NCBI GenBank assembly: GCA_001788295.1
Contig: MGBO01000014.1
Span: 2,286 to 66,285 of the forward strand
Direction of reading: 5' to 3'
DNA: 64,000 nucleotides
Origin: Candidatus Roizmanbacteria bacterium RIFOXYC1_FULL_41_16
GTDB taxonomy: Bacteria > Patescibacteriota > Microgenomatia > UBA1406
Both the position numbers and the translations under genes were made by a program. Within the stretch, counting starts at the first letter, position 1. Each line of letters starts with the position of its first letter. Below the pieces are notes generated by a model. That model searched no databases. It was not told the origin of the DNA and saw only the letters and a list, made by a program, of their open reading frames with translations. Shown here piece after piece: positions 1 through 9,664 of the stretch.

Positions 1-1750
1 CCTGACCACGGCCGATGGCCGAATAAAGATAATTGCCATTTTTTTGACTGATTAATTTAATTTTAGAAAGTTCAAAAGAATCCTGGACAAATTCTTTGTC
101 TTTTAGTTTCTGCCGTTCAACCATTTCTGCCAAACGAACATAAGGGGCATAAAAAGCTTTGACTTGACCTTCATATGACAAGGTGACCCGATTTACTTCT
201 TCATTAATCTCAGCCGAATAATCTTTTTTGACCCCAGTTGTTGAGATGGTTTGAGCAAACAAGACATCGTTGTCTCCGCGCGTTTTCTTAAATTCGTTCT
301 GAAGTTTGTTTTTGGACATTACCAAGGCTTTTTTATCCAAATTAACCGCGTCGGCATTATCAAAAACCGCGACCGTCTTTTTAAAACCGCCGCTGAAATT
401 ATTGTTGGCAATAGCATAAAATTCGTCGTCAGAAAAATCCTCTGTTGTCAGTTTGGCACCACTATCCAGATTAGCTTCGGCGCCAATATTAAGGGCGGTT
501 AGCTCGATATTTTTTTTGCCAAACGCCTTTGTCACCAGTCCCTCACCCAGATTGGCTGAAGTGGTCGCCGCCGGAACCGATACGGCAGCATTAATAACAA
601 AAACCACACCGTCGGCACTGATAAATCTAGTGCCTTCTGCCAATTCTTTTGTTTCAAACAGACCATTATAAATAGTGACTTCGCCTTTGGCTTTTTCACC
701 GGTGACTTTTTCACCGGTTGTGGGTTCTGAAACCGTGAGCGAAACCCGGGTTTCATAAGCCTTGACAAATTCGCTTTTGGAATTAACCGTGAATTCAATA
801 TTTGAACTGAAGTTCTCTTTTTTGGTTTGTAAAGTGATTACTGCCTGATGAAAAAATATGAAGTAAAGCAAACCCAATGATAGAATTAAGATCGGAATTC
901 CTAACCACAAAACTTGGCGAGAGACTTTGGGAAATTTAATCTTCAAGTTGAAACTGGGCAGTTTAAAGCTGATTTTTTTGGGTTGAGTAAAAGATTGGCT
1001 CGGAACCGAACTCAATTCGGTACCAAAACCAGGAGCCAGTGGCAAAACACCGCTTTTGAGCTCTTCTTTTTCCGGTTCTACCGCCACGCTCTGCTTATCT
1101 TTAAAATAAACCTTAACCAACAGTTGCTGTAAATCACTTTCCTTTATCAAATGCTTGATTTTCAAATCCGGTTTTTCTTCCGCATTACCTAACCAAGCAA
1201 TAATTTCCGACTTATCATCAAGTTGTTTATTAAGATCTTTGATCGTTTCACCAAATTCCTGAGCTTTGGCAGTTTTGTGAATGTTTTTAATTGCGGCTTT
1301 CTCAATTTCATAAAGAGAATAATCATATAAGCTCTCTTCCAAAAACAAATAAGCCGCCTCTTTCTCAAAATTATGTAAAACCGCCTCATAAAAATTCAAA
1401 TAACCTAAATTATCCAGATCAACGGTTTTAAGGAGTTTTTTTATTTCCTTTAAGAAATCCTCTCTGATCGCTCCGGATTCGGTTGTATATAAAGAATTCA
1501 GAACCAAAACTGTTCTTTTTAAATAAACATTCTCACCCAGATCCCGCTCGCAGTTGGCAATGATTTTTTCGACCTTTTTGGCCGACTCTTTGAGAAACGG
1601 ATCAACTGCTTCCTGATAAATAGCCGACTGATTTTGTGAATTGGCTTCTTCAAAAGCAAATCCATACAGTTTTTCGCCGGATAAAAACAGAATAAAAATA
1701 TAGCGTTCAGTTTCGGCCGCATTTTTATGCAAGAAAGGGAGATTGAACAT
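1..1750 (-). CDS. hypothetical membrane-anchored protein; 3' end lies beyond the window (absent from ORF track)
   Basis: Manual minus-strand translation from ATG 1750-1748 (MFNLPFLHKNAAETERYIFILFLSGEKLYGFAFEE...) stays open to nt 1. It has one TM helix (..WLGIPILILSLGLLYFIFF, about nt 850-905), then an ectodomain containing GEKVTGEKAKGEVTIYNG. All listed ORFs in this region are short and in other frames. Confidence 0.6.
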   Translation of the reverse strand, partial: MFNLPFLHKNAAETERYIFILFLSGEKLYGFAFEEANSQNQSAIYQEAVDPFLKESAKKVEKIIANCERDLGENVYLKRTVLVLNSLYTTESGAIREDFLKEIKKLLKTVDLDNLGYLNFYEAVLHNFEKEAAYLFLEESLYDYSLYEIEKAAIKNIHKTAKAQEFGETIKDLNKQLDDKSEIIAWLGNAEEKPDLKIKHLIKESDLQQLLVKVYFKDKQSVAVEPEKEELKSGVLPLAPGFGTELSSVPSQSFTQPKKISFKLPSFNLKIKFPKVSRQVLWLGIPILILSLGLLYFIFFHQAVITLQTKKENFSSNIEFTVNSKSEFVKAYETRVSLTVSEPTTGEKVTGEKAKGEVTIYNGLFETKELAEGTRFISADGVVFVINAAVSVPAATTSANLGEGLVTKAFGKKNIELTALNIGAEANLDSGAKLTTEDFSDDEFYAIANNNFSGGFKKTVAVFDNADAVNLDKKALVMSKNKLQNEFKKTRGDNDVLFAQTISTTGVKKDYSAEINEEVNRVTLSYEGQVKAFYAPYVRLAEMVERQKLKDKEFVQDSFELSKIKLISQKNGNYLYSAIGRGQ

Positions 1751-1800
1751 ATACCAAAATCATAGTATAAAAGTCGCCTACTGTAAAGGCCTGGTCGACT

Positions 1801-2646
1801 TTATTTTGCCGCTTTGGTCACAATTGGGGTAATGTTACCGGCTTTGCTGTCCAAATTCAAAATATTCATAAAGTTGCCACTGGCTGGCAATACATATTTG
1901 GTATTATCGGCAAGCACTGTTTCAGACACCTGAAGTTTTCGCCAATTTTCAGCACGGCTGGTAAAATGTTTGTTGGCCGCTTCAGCCACTTTTTTAATTG
2001 CCTGACCCTCGGCATCTGCTTGCAAGATTTTTGCTTGAGCTCGCCCCTCGGCTTCCAAAATATCGGCTTGTCTGACTCCTTCAGCAGTAAGAATCCGAGC
2101 TCTTTTTTCACGTTCTGCTTTCATCTGTTTGCTCATCGCCTCAGTGATGTCTGCCGGCGGATCAATCCGCTGAACTTCAACCCGAGTCACTTTGACTCCC
2201 CAGTTGTGAGTCGCCTCGTCCAACGTGCTTCTTAAATCAACATTAATATTGTCGCGAGCAACCAAAGTTTCGTCCAAACTTTTGTCACCGATCAGATTAC
2301 GAAGATTGGTTTGAGCCAGAGTGGTCGCGGCCACATTAAAATCAGCAACCTCAAACTCGGCTTTGACCGGATCAACCACTTTGTAATAAATAACCGCGTC
2401 TACGACTACGCCGACATTATCTTTGGTAATTACCTGCAAGGGTTCCACTTCAATCACCTTTTCCCTCATGTCCACTTTGATAACCATATCGATAAAGGGA
2501 ATAACAATACTGATTCCAGAATCCAGCAAATGGCTATATTTGCCCAAACGAACGACAACGCCTTTTTCATAAGGCTGAATAATCACCATTCCGCGAATAA
2601 GAGTAATGACTGCCAATACCAAAAGCATAATCAAAATTGTGTTCAT
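1801..2646 (-). CDS. SPFH/band-7 (stomatin/HflC-like) membrane protein
   Basis: 281 aa with an N-terminal TM, a band-7 core (VVVRLGKY..., [15 protein letters not shown]) and an Ala/Glu-rich coiled-coil tail. Its start overlaps the upstream NfeD gene by 4 nt. Confidence 0.9.
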   Translation of the reverse strand: MNTILIMLLVLAVITLIRGMVIIQPYEKGVVVRLGKYSHLLDSGISIVIPFIDMVIKVDMREKVIEVEPLQVITKDNVGVVVDAVIYYKVVDPVKAEFEVADFNVAATTLAQTNLRNLIGDKSLDETLVARDNINVDLRSTLDEATHNWGVKVTRVEVQRIDPPADITEAMSKQMKAEREKRARILTAEGVRQADILEAEGRAQAKILQADAEGQAIKKVAEAANKHFTSRAENWRKLQVSETVLADNTKYVLPASGNFMNILNLDSKAGNITPIVTKAAK

Positions 2647-3080
2647 GGTAGTTTTAGTTTAGTAACTTTTAATGAAACGCCTTCAATTTTCAAAACCACA
2701 ACCTCACTGTTTTCTTTAAGACTTTCTCCGGCGATCGCCCGCCAGATCTCACCGTCCAATAAGACTTTACCTGCCCTCAGCCGATTAATCGGTTCGACAA
2801 CAACAGCTGTTTTTCCCAATAATGAATCAATCCCGATCTTCTGAGTGGTGATTAATAGTTTTTTGCGTGCTACCCGGCGAAAATAAACAAAATAGGCCAA
2901 AATAATGACAATGGCGACCACGATTCCCAGCTGCCAGGAAGCACCAAAGTAATGTACCAATCCTCCCATAATCAAAGACAGGCCGATTAAAGCAATGTCG
3001 AAACCGGAAATGGCGCCAAAGAGTAATTCAAAAATAATCAGAATTAATCCCAAAACCATTAACCAAATATTTTCAGTCAT
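2643..3080 (-). CDS. NfeD-family membrane protein (partner of the SPFH protein)
   Basis: 145 aa with hydrophobic N-terminal helices and a C-terminal OB-like segment ([23 protein letters not shown]). This is the classic NfeD-SPFH gene pair. Confidence 0.8.
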   Translation of the reverse strand: MTENIWLMVLGLILIIFELLFGAISGFDIALIGLSLIMGGLVHYFGASWQLGIVVAIVIILAYFVYFRRVARKKLLITTQKIGIDSLLGKTAVVVEPINRLRAGKVLLDGEIWRAIAGESLKENSEVVVLKIEGVSLKVTKLKLP

Positions 3081-4083
3081 TGTTGAGCAAATTATACAAG
3101 GCAGTTTTTAAAGAATCAACAAAATGAGATTGGCTATATTTCTGAGCTTGTTTTTTTTGTCTTTTGATTAATTCTCCATTATCACCAAACATCACATTTT
3201 CCAAACCAGAAGCAATGGACGACACTTTTAACGGATCAACATAATAAGCTGCCTCACCCATAATTTCCTGAGTGACTGCAGTTCTACCAACAACAACCGG
3301 ACTCTCCTGCCAACAAGCTTCCAGCCAAGGCAAACCAAAACCTTCTGCCAAACTAGGCAAAGCCACTGTTTTGGCATTCTGATACAACCATTTCAATTCC
3401 ATGTCGGAAACAAAGCCCAAAAAAATAAAGCGCTTGTCGTTTTGTGTTTCTTTGAGAAATTCAACAAAACTTTTCAGCCATGGGTGATTCAAATTAGTCC
3501 GTTTGGTAAGAGCGGCCCCAGCCAAAACCAAAGTTTGATTTATTTTCTTGATTGCTTGTGCCAGACGAGGTAGATTTTTATTCCAAGTCACGTCTGCGTT
3601 ATATAAAATATAATTCCGGGGAATATTATCGATAAATTTTGGAAGAGCCACCGGGCTTTTGGTTTCGTAAATCGCTTTGGCCGCTGGATATACTACGTTG
3701 ATTTTGTCAGCACTGACACTAAGAGTTTGAATCAGTTCTTGTTTGACTACTTGTGAGTCGGTAATAATACCGGCAAGCTGAGAGATGATTCGGCAATTTT
3801 GCCACCAAACAAACTTCCCTTTTAATCCAATCGGAAAATGGCGAGCATATTTTAGAGGGATAAGATCGTGAATAACGATCGCTTGAGACACTCCCGCTTT
3901 TAAACTGATCTTTTGAAAAGGATTAAAATCCGTAATCAGCTCCAGATCATAACTCTGATTGCTCAATTCCAAACCATTTTTTTGACCATAACGGGCAATC
4001 CCTTCTTTCAGCATTTGATTGTAACTGCCAATCCCCCTGACAGCTGACAAAGGATTGCTTAAGCTTTCAACATTAATTCGCAT
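3073..4083 (-). CDS. glycosyltransferase, GT4 (group 1) family
   Basis: 336 aa with the C-terminal GT-B signature AEGFGLPWLEA...PVVVGRTAVTQEIMGEAAYYVDP (EX7E-like). Confidence 0.8.
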   Translation of the reverse strand: MRINVESLSNPLSAVRGIGSYNQMLKEGIARYGQKNGLELSNQSYDLELITDFNPFQKISLKAGVSQAIVIHDLIPLKYARHFPIGLKGKFVWWQNCRIISQLAGIITDSQVVKQELIQTLSVSADKINVVYPAAKAIYETKSPVALPKFIDNIPRNYILYNADVTWNKNLPRLAQAIKKINQTLVLAGAALTKRTNLNHPWLKSFVEFLKETQNDKRFIFLGFVSDMELKWLYQNAKTVALPSLAEGFGLPWLEACWQESPVVVGRTAVTQEIMGEAAYYVDPLKVSSIASGLENVMFGDNGELIKRQKKQAQKYSQSHFVDSLKTALYNLLNND

Positions 4084-4089
4084 AAAGTC

Positions 4090-4095
4090 AATATA
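4090..4095 (-). promoter_or_regulatory. putative -10 (TATATT) 7 nt upstream of ATG 4083; leaderless start
   Basis: The minus strand reads TATATT-GACTTT-ATG. No Shine-Dalgarno sequence is present. Confidence 0.35.
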
Positions 4096-4102
4096 AGTAA
4101 TA

Positions 4103-4108
4103 TATAAT
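4103..4108 (+). promoter_or_regulatory. putative -10 (TATAAT) 8 nt upstream of ATG 4116; leaderless start
   Basis: TATAAT-AAATGCT-ATG sits within a 32-nt divergent intergenic region. Confidence 0.35.
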
Positions 4109-4115
4109 AAATGCT

Positions 4116-6263
4116 ATGTTTGTGTTTATTTATTGGGTAACGACTGCTCTATTCTGGTATTTGATTAGCCTAGCTATCAGCTTGACTTTTCTGCCTCTCA
4201 ATACTCTAATTTTTGGTAAATTCAAAGATCGGGGTTATGCTTTTAGCAAAGTTTTGGGGCTGGCTTTGTTTGGGTACACCGCTTTTTTTTTAAATTCGCT
4301 TAAAATAATGCCTTTTAACCAAAACGGTCTATTTTGGCTATTGGCGGCTTTTTTGGGCTTAAATCTCTTTTTGCTCAACATTTTCAAACCCAAACTTCCT
4401 AAGTTATCTATTGTCTTGTGCTACGAACTGTTTTTCCTATTAATGTTTGCCGGTTATTTATATTTGAAAGGCTTTGAAGCCTCAATTCACTCCTTGGAAA
4501 AATACATGGATTTTGGTTTTATTCAAAGCTTGCTTAATACTAAATATATGCCTCCTCAAGATATGTGGTTTGCCTCAACACTAAAAGAAAGTCTTAGTAT
4601 TAATTATTATTATTTTGGTCATTTTATCAGCGCTCTTTTAATCAGAATGTCCGGAACCATTCCCAGCATCGGTTATAATTTAATGCTCGGCCATATTTTT
4701 GCCTTTGGTACAACACTTAGTTTTGCCCTTGGTTTCAACCTTTATCAGTTGTTGGCCAAACCCCAAAATCAAAAAAATGCTCTTCGCTTAGGCTTTTTAT
4801 CCGGAGTCCTTTCAATGGCCATAATGAATTTTGGCGGAAATCTGCATACTATCTATCTTTTTACCAAGGGATATTTGGCTGATAATCCCGTTCCATTTTG
4901 GCAGATTTGGTCAAATTACAATCCCAGCAGTTATTGGTACCCAAACGCCACTCGTTTTATTCCGCTCACCATTCACGAATTTCCTTCGTATTCTTACGTG
5001 GTCTCTGATTTGCACGGCCATGTTTTGGATATTCCGTTTGTACTTTTAATTTTGGCACTTTCAATAGTGATAGTTCAAATAAAAAACTGGCGAAAACTGC
5101 TATTACCACTTGGTTTTTACAGTCTTATTTTGGCAATTAACTATATGACCAATTCCACTGATTTTATTGTTTACTCTGTAATTTTGTTTTTTGTACTGAT
5201 GATTGTTTTTGATCATTTAACCAAAGTGCTTGCTCTAACCGGAATAACCGGATTGACTGCTCTGGTATTAACCCTGCCTTTTTCGATTAACTTCAAACCG
5301 TTTGCGAGTTCACTTGGAGTCAATTGTGCTCCGGATTTTTTGGTTGCCAAAGGCTCTCTGGGACCGCTGTTATTTGAGGCCAATAAGTGTCAAAACAGTC
5401 CTACCTGGATGTTGTTTATTTTATGGGGATTTTTCTGGATTATTTTTTTGATTTTTTTAAAAACTATTTTCTTTAACAAAAAAAGAGAAATCTACAGAGA
5501 TCGAATTACTTATTACTTTTTCTTTGTTTTTACAGTCAGTATTTTGCTAACGCTGTTTGCCGAGTTTTTCTATTTTAAAGATATTTATCCTGCCCATTTT
5601 CGGGCGAACACCATGTTCAAGCTCGGCTATCAATCCTTTATCATGATGTCGATATTATCTGGAGTTGTTATCGTTTATGTTTTCAAAGGCTTACCGTTTA
5701 TTTCCAAAATATTCAAGTTAATTCTGATTATAATCCTATTGCCGTTACTGACTTTGGTACTGATTTATTATCAATACGCTCTGCCTTCTTATTTTGGGAA
5801 AACAGGCTTTCAAACCTTAGACGGAACTTATTGGATTAAACAACAATATCCCGACAGTTATCAGATTATCCAAAAATTAAATCAGCTCAAAGCCACTTTA
5901 TTCGACTTTAATATTGTCGAGGCTCACGGTGACAGTTATTCTGACTATAATTTAATTTCCGCCCACACCGGGCTTCCCACAATTGTCGGTTGGCCGGTTC
6001 ATGAATGGCTCTGGCGTGGCTCTTATGACGTGGTCAGACCCAGAGCGGCCGAAGTTCAATTAATATACGAGGGGGATGAAAAAGATTTATTGCCAATAAC
6101 CAAAATTCTTAAAAAATACAAAATCAAATTTATTATTGTTGCCGAAATGGAGAAGCGCAAATATCCAATACTAAACTCCCAAAAATTTTATAAAATAGCT
6201 CAACCGATATACATTAATAAGAAAACCAATAGTTACCTTTTTAAATTAAAAATCAATGACTAA
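4116..6263 (+). CDS. large polytopic membrane protein, DUF2298 / 'YYY' family (GT-C-like)
   Basis: 715 aa with many TM helices and the diagnostic SINYYYFGHF motif. The soluble C-terminal part contains HGDSYSDYN...GWPVHEWLWRG. Confidence 0.75.
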   Translation: MFVFIYWVTTALFWYLISLAISLTFLPLNTLIFGKFKDRGYAFSKVLGLALFGYTAFFLNSLKIMPFNQNGLFWLLAAFLGLNLFLLNIFKPKLPKLSIVLCYELFFLLMFAGYLYLKGFEASIHSLEKYMDFGFIQSLLNTKYMPPQDMWFASTLKESLSINYYYFGHFISALLIRMSGTIPSIGYNLMLGHIFAFGTTLSFALGFNLYQLLAKPQNQKNALRLGFLSGVLSMAIMNFGGNLHTIYLFTKGYLADNPVPFWQIWSNYNPSSYWYPNATRFIPLTIHEFPSYSYVVSDLHGHVLDIPFVLLILALSIVIVQIKNWRKLLLPLGFYSLILAINYMTNSTDFIVYSVILFFVLMIVFDHLTKVLALTGITGLTALVLTLPFSINFKPFASSLGVNCAPDFLVAKGSLGPLLFEANKCQNSPTWMLFILWGFFWIIFLIFLKTIFFNKKREIYRDRITYYFFFVFTVSILLTLFAEFFYFKDIYPAHFRANTMFKLGYQSFIMMSILSGVVIVYVFKGLPFISKIFKLILIIILLPLLTLVLIYYQYALPSYFGKTGFQTLDGTYWIKQQYPDSYQIIQKLNQLKATLFDFNIVEAHGDSYSDYNLISAHTGLPTIVGWPVHEWLWRGSYDVVRPRAAEVQLIYEGDEKDLLPITKILKKYKIKFIIVAEMEKRKYPILNSQKFYKIAQPIYINKKTNSYLFKLKIND

Positions 6264-7659
6264 AAAAATATTTTTTATTGATCTGCCTAAAAAAGTGAAT
6301 CAAGTCGTTGACTTATATGGTTGGGTTCAGACTATTCGCAAACACGGCAAAATCAATTTTATTGATCTGAGAGACAGCACAGCTGTAATTCAGGTAGTAG
6401 GAGCCGAAGAGTTGGCCGATTTGCATCCTGAAGAAGTGGTCAAAATCAAAGGCACAGTTGCCTTAAGAGGAGAACGCTACGTCAATAAAAACCTGGCCAC
6501 CGGCACAATTGAACTTCAGGCTGAAACCGTAACCAAGATTAGCTCTGCCAAAACTCCGCCCTTTCCTTTAAACACCGACGGCTATGAAATCGATGAGGAA
6601 ACTCGTTTAAAGTATCGCTATCTGGATATCAGACGGGAACGGATGACCAGAAATTTGCAACTTCGTTCTCAACTTGTCTGGAAAGTCAGGCAGTTTTTGT
6701 TTAATCATCATTTTTTGGAAGTAGAAACACCAATCCTCACTAAGACCACTCCTGAGGGCGCCCGAGATTTTTTGGTTCCCTCAAGATTGCAAAAAGGTAA
6801 ATTTTATGCCCTTCCCCAAAGTCCACAACAATATAAGCAATTATTAATGGTGGCTGGATTAGAGCGCTATTTTCAAATCGCCCGTTGTTTTCGAGATGAA
6901 GATCCTCGTCGCGATCGGGCTTATGGCGAATTTACTCAATTGGATATGGAGATGTCTTTCGTCAACCAAGAAGATATTCTAAAACTGACTGAAGAAATGT
7001 TCACGACAATCGTGGAGGAATTATTTCCGGACAAAAAAATCAGTCAAAAACCTTGGCCCAGATTAACTCATGCTGAAGCGGCCAAAAAATACAAAAGCGA
7101 CAAACCCGATTTGAGAAAAGATAAAAATAATAAAGATGAATTGGCTTTTGCTTGGATTATTGAGTTTCCACTTTTTAACGAACAACGAAGCCAGGATTTT
7201 TTCTATGGATCGGGGAACTCAAAATTTGCTCCTTCCCACCATATGTTTACCGCTCCACATCCAGATGACTTGGCTCTTTTAAAAACCAATCCGCTCAAAG
7301 TGAGAAGTTTGCAGCATGATTTGGTTTTAAACGGCTTTGAAGTTGGAGGCGGCAGTATTCGAATCCATCAGAAAGAAGTTCAAAATCAGGTTTTTGACCT
7401 GATTGGTTTTAGCAAAGAGCAAAAAAAGCAATTTGACCATCTCTTGGAGGCTTTCGAATTTGGAGTACCCCCGCATGGAGGAATTGCTCCGGGAATCGAC
7501 CGTTTGCTGTTTGCTATTTTGGGTGAACAATCTTTGCGCGAAGTGATGGCTTTCCCGGCAAGTTCCGGCGGTAAAATCGCGGTTATGAAGGCCCCTAGCA
7601 CCGCCACACCAGAGCAATTGCTGGAGTTGGGGATCAAAACCGATGATCACCAAAAGTAA
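6256..7659 (+). CDS. aspS: aspartyl-tRNA synthetase, bacterial type but lacking the GAD insertion domain
   Basis: 467 aa with class II motifs (FRDEDPRRDR..EFTQLDMEMSF; GGGSIRIH; GIDRL). SDKPDLRKDKNNKDELAFAWIIEFPLF joins directly where the ~120-aa insertion normally sits. Confidence 0.95.
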   Translation: MTKKIFFIDLPKKVNQVVDLYGWVQTIRKHGKINFIDLRDSTAVIQVVGAEELADLHPEEVVKIKGTVALRGERYVNKNLATGTIELQAETVTKISSAKTPPFPLNTDGYEIDEETRLKYRYLDIRRERMTRNLQLRSQLVWKVRQFLFNHHFLEVETPILTKTTPEGARDFLVPSRLQKGKFYALPQSPQQYKQLLMVAGLERYFQIARCFRDEDPRRDRAYGEFTQLDMEMSFVNQEDILKLTEEMFTTIVEELFPDKKISQKPWPRLTHAEAAKKYKSDKPDLRKDKNNKDELAFAWIIEFPLFNEQRSQDFFYGSGNSKFAPSHHMFTAPHPDDLALLKTNPLKVRSLQHDLVLNGFEVGGGSIRIHQKEVQNQVFDLIGFSKEQKKQFDHLLEAFEFGVPPHGGIAPGIDRLLFAILGEQSLREVMAFPASSGGKIAVMKAPSTATPEQLLELGIKTDDHQK

Positions 7660-8569
7660 AATCTACTGGAAATACTGTTTTTATTTGTTATTGGCGTTTT
7701 TTTGGTTGCTTTATCCCGGACAACAGTCGCTATTAAAAAAAGCCGGGCTAAATTACAGCGCTTTTATTCAAAACCAACCGATTAAATTCAAACCAGAAGC
7801 ATTACCGAGATTAACCGATGAAATTGAAAAGCCGTTAGTTTTTGCCCAATCTTATTTGGTCATAGATCTGTCTTCTTTTACACCAATCCTGAGCTACCGT
7901 CCAGTTCAGAAAATGTACCCGGCTTCTTTGGTTAAATTAGCGACAGCAATAGTCAGCTACCAACATTATCCCTTAGAACAACAATTGACGGTCAATAAAG
8001 TCATCAACGAGGAACTCAAGATGGGCTTGGTAAAAAACGAAAGAATCTCGGCTCTTAATCTGCTTTACGGAATTTTGGTGTATTCGGCCAACGACGCGGC
8101 CTATACTCTGGCCGAAAACTACCCCGGCGGCGTAGAACCGTTTGTGCAAGAAATGAATCTTTTAGCCAAACGTCTAGAAATGAAAAACACTCATTTTACC
8201 AATCCAATCGGCTTTGATTCGCCCAAACAATACACCACTGCTTTTGATTTGGCCCTTTTATCACGGGAATTTATCAATAACCAGGTGCTTTTAAATATTG
8301 CCTCGACCAAATCAATCACGGTTTCTGACGCGGACTTTGAACATTTTCATTATCTTAATAGTATTAACGAGTTATTGGGAGAAATTCCTCATCTGGGCGG
8401 CCTAAAAACCGGGACCACGGATAACGCCGGACAAAACTTGATTTCTTTTTATCGTCTTAATAAAAAACCCTTGTTGTTAATTGTACTCAAGAGTGAAGAT
8501 CGCTTTGTGGATACTCGTGCCTTAATCGATTATCTTAATAGCAATTTGGTCTTTATTGAGATTACTTAA
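7643..8569 (+). CDS. D-alanyl-D-alanine carboxypeptidase (S11, PBP5-like)
   Basis: N-terminal TM or signal sequence, plus SxxK (ASLVK), SxN (YSAND) and KTG (LKTGTT) motifs. Confidence 0.85.
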   Translation: MITKSKIYWKYCFYLLLAFFWLLYPGQQSLLKKAGLNYSAFIQNQPIKFKPEALPRLTDEIEKPLVFAQSYLVIDLSSFTPILSYRPVQKMYPASLVKLATAIVSYQHYPLEQQLTVNKVINEELKMGLVKNERISALNLLYGILVYSANDAAYTLAENYPGGVEPFVQEMNLLAKRLEMKNTHFTNPIGFDSPKQYTTAFDLALLSREFINNQVLLNIASTKSITVSDADFEHFHYLNSINELLGEIPHLGGLKTGTTDNAGQNLISFYRLNKKPLLLIVLKSEDRFVDTRALIDYLNSNLVFIEIT

Positions 8570-9626
8570 GTAGATATTCATCCTTGATCGCCGGCAAATA
8601 AGCGACAAAGTCATCACTACCCAAGAAAACAAACACCGGCTGAAAATACGGCTGGTATGATTGAGGATCATAATAACCAACATCAATTTTTTTGATTTTA
8701 ATTTTGTTGCTATGGTTTTTTGAGATTGAAATTGTCGTTGCCTTGCCCTGTTTAAGCTTGGCAAAAGCTTCTTCGCTGGTTAACAACGGATAAACGCCGG
8801 GTTCTTCCGACAATTTTTCAAAACTCAAATATTGCATCTGGACTATTTCGGCATAATAGTTAAGGGGCGCCAAAATCACATAATTTTGACTACTGAAATA
8901 TTCGGGAGTCAGAATATTAAGAACCTCGTCTTCTCTGAAAAAATCGATTCGGACTGCCTGAGGAAAACTGCCCTCCTCATACGGAATAAATTTGTTAGTC
9001 ATTAAATCATAAGTCTGATAAACAGGATTGTTGGTTCCAGTCGCCAGATATCTCGGATAAGCATCTCGAGTTAACATCCCCTGGCGGCCTTTTTCGACAA
9101 ACTCATTTTCCAGAAGAGTAAATCTCGCCTCTGGAGTGGCCTCAACTAAAGCCTGTAATTGAGATCCGGTTTTGTAATAATACTTAAAGTGCAAGTTGAC
9201 AATGTTGATTTCTAAAATCCGGTAATTGTCCTCATACTTTACCCATTGATCGTTCAGTCTTTGCGACTGATAAATTTCAGTGTCAAAATCAAATGATTTG
9301 GCTAGACTGTCGATTTTGGCAAGGTAAGCCAAAGTACTCTTAGGTTCGGGAATAAAATAAACCGCCGCACTCGCCGTTGTTTCCGGATATTGCCCGTTAA
9401 TGGTATCCAAAACGTATTCATATTTCCCACTATTAATTCCCTCTTCAAAAACCGGGGCTTTGATTGAACCATACACCGGGTTAAGATGCAGGTCTTCCTG
9501 AACCGGCTTCGCCGTTATCATTAACACCAGAATGATCAATAAATAAAAAAATAAAATCCCTAAAATCAACAATCCCAACAGCTTCGCCATTACTCTGATT
9601 TGTAAGGAAAATTCAGACAAAGTCAT
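8562..9626 (-). CDS. hypothetical membrane-anchored (N-terminal TM) extracytoplasmic protein
   Basis: A long ORF of 354 aa with a single N-terminal TM helix (LLGLLILGILFFYLLIILVLMI). No family was recognised. Confidence 0.55.
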   Translation of the reverse strand: MTLSEFSLQIRVMAKLLGLLILGILFFYLLIILVLMITAKPVQEDLHLNPVYGSIKAPVFEEGINSGKYEYVLDTINGQYPETTASAAVYFIPEPKSTLAYLAKIDSLAKSFDFDTEIYQSQRLNDQWVKYEDNYRILEINIVNLHFKYYYKTGSQLQALVEATPEARFTLLENEFVEKGRQGMLTRDAYPRYLATGTNNPVYQTYDLMTNKFIPYEEGSFPQAVRIDFFREDEVLNILTPEYFSSQNYVILAPLNYYAEIVQMQYLSFEKLSEEPGVYPLLTSEEAFAKLKQGKATTISISKNHSNKIKIKKIDVGYYDPQSYQPYFQPVFVFLGSDDFVAYLPAIKDEYLLK

Positions 9627-9632
9627 ATTTTA

Positions 9633-9641
9633 ACTATATCA
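9633..9641 (-). promoter_or_regulatory. putative extended -10 (TGA-TATAGT) 7 nt upstream of ATG 9626
   Basis: The minus strand reads TGATATAGT-TAAAAT-ATG. Confidence 0.4.
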
Positions 9642-9664
9642 AAAATGGTAAAATGCATTTTAAG

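Noticed and set aside
1-1750. The lack of long ORFs in the track suggested non-coding DNA or an alternative genetic code, such as UGA recoding as in some candidate phyla.
   Set aside because: A continuous minus-strand ORF runs off the window edge. Elsewhere TGA clearly terminates conserved genes (valS, rpmH, the helicase gene). A full RF2 gene with the SPF motif is present, so the standard code 11 fits.
1751-1800. Possible terminator hairpin (AGTCG...CGACT followed by TTTT on the minus strand) downstream of the SPFH gene.
   Set aside because: The stem is 5 bp with mismatches and a long loop. The same spacer must also hold the promoter for the next gene, so this is not convincing.
2311-2844. 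A 177-aa plus-strand ORF lies opposite the SPFH/NfeD genes. Similar antisense ORFs occur at 21087..21539, 27561..27887, 34787..35185, 58065..58433, 12360..12662 and 7327..7653.
   Set aside because: These are shadow ORFs inside well-supported genes on the other strand. They have low-complexity, unrecognisable sequences, and no promoter-start geometry like that seen for real genes.
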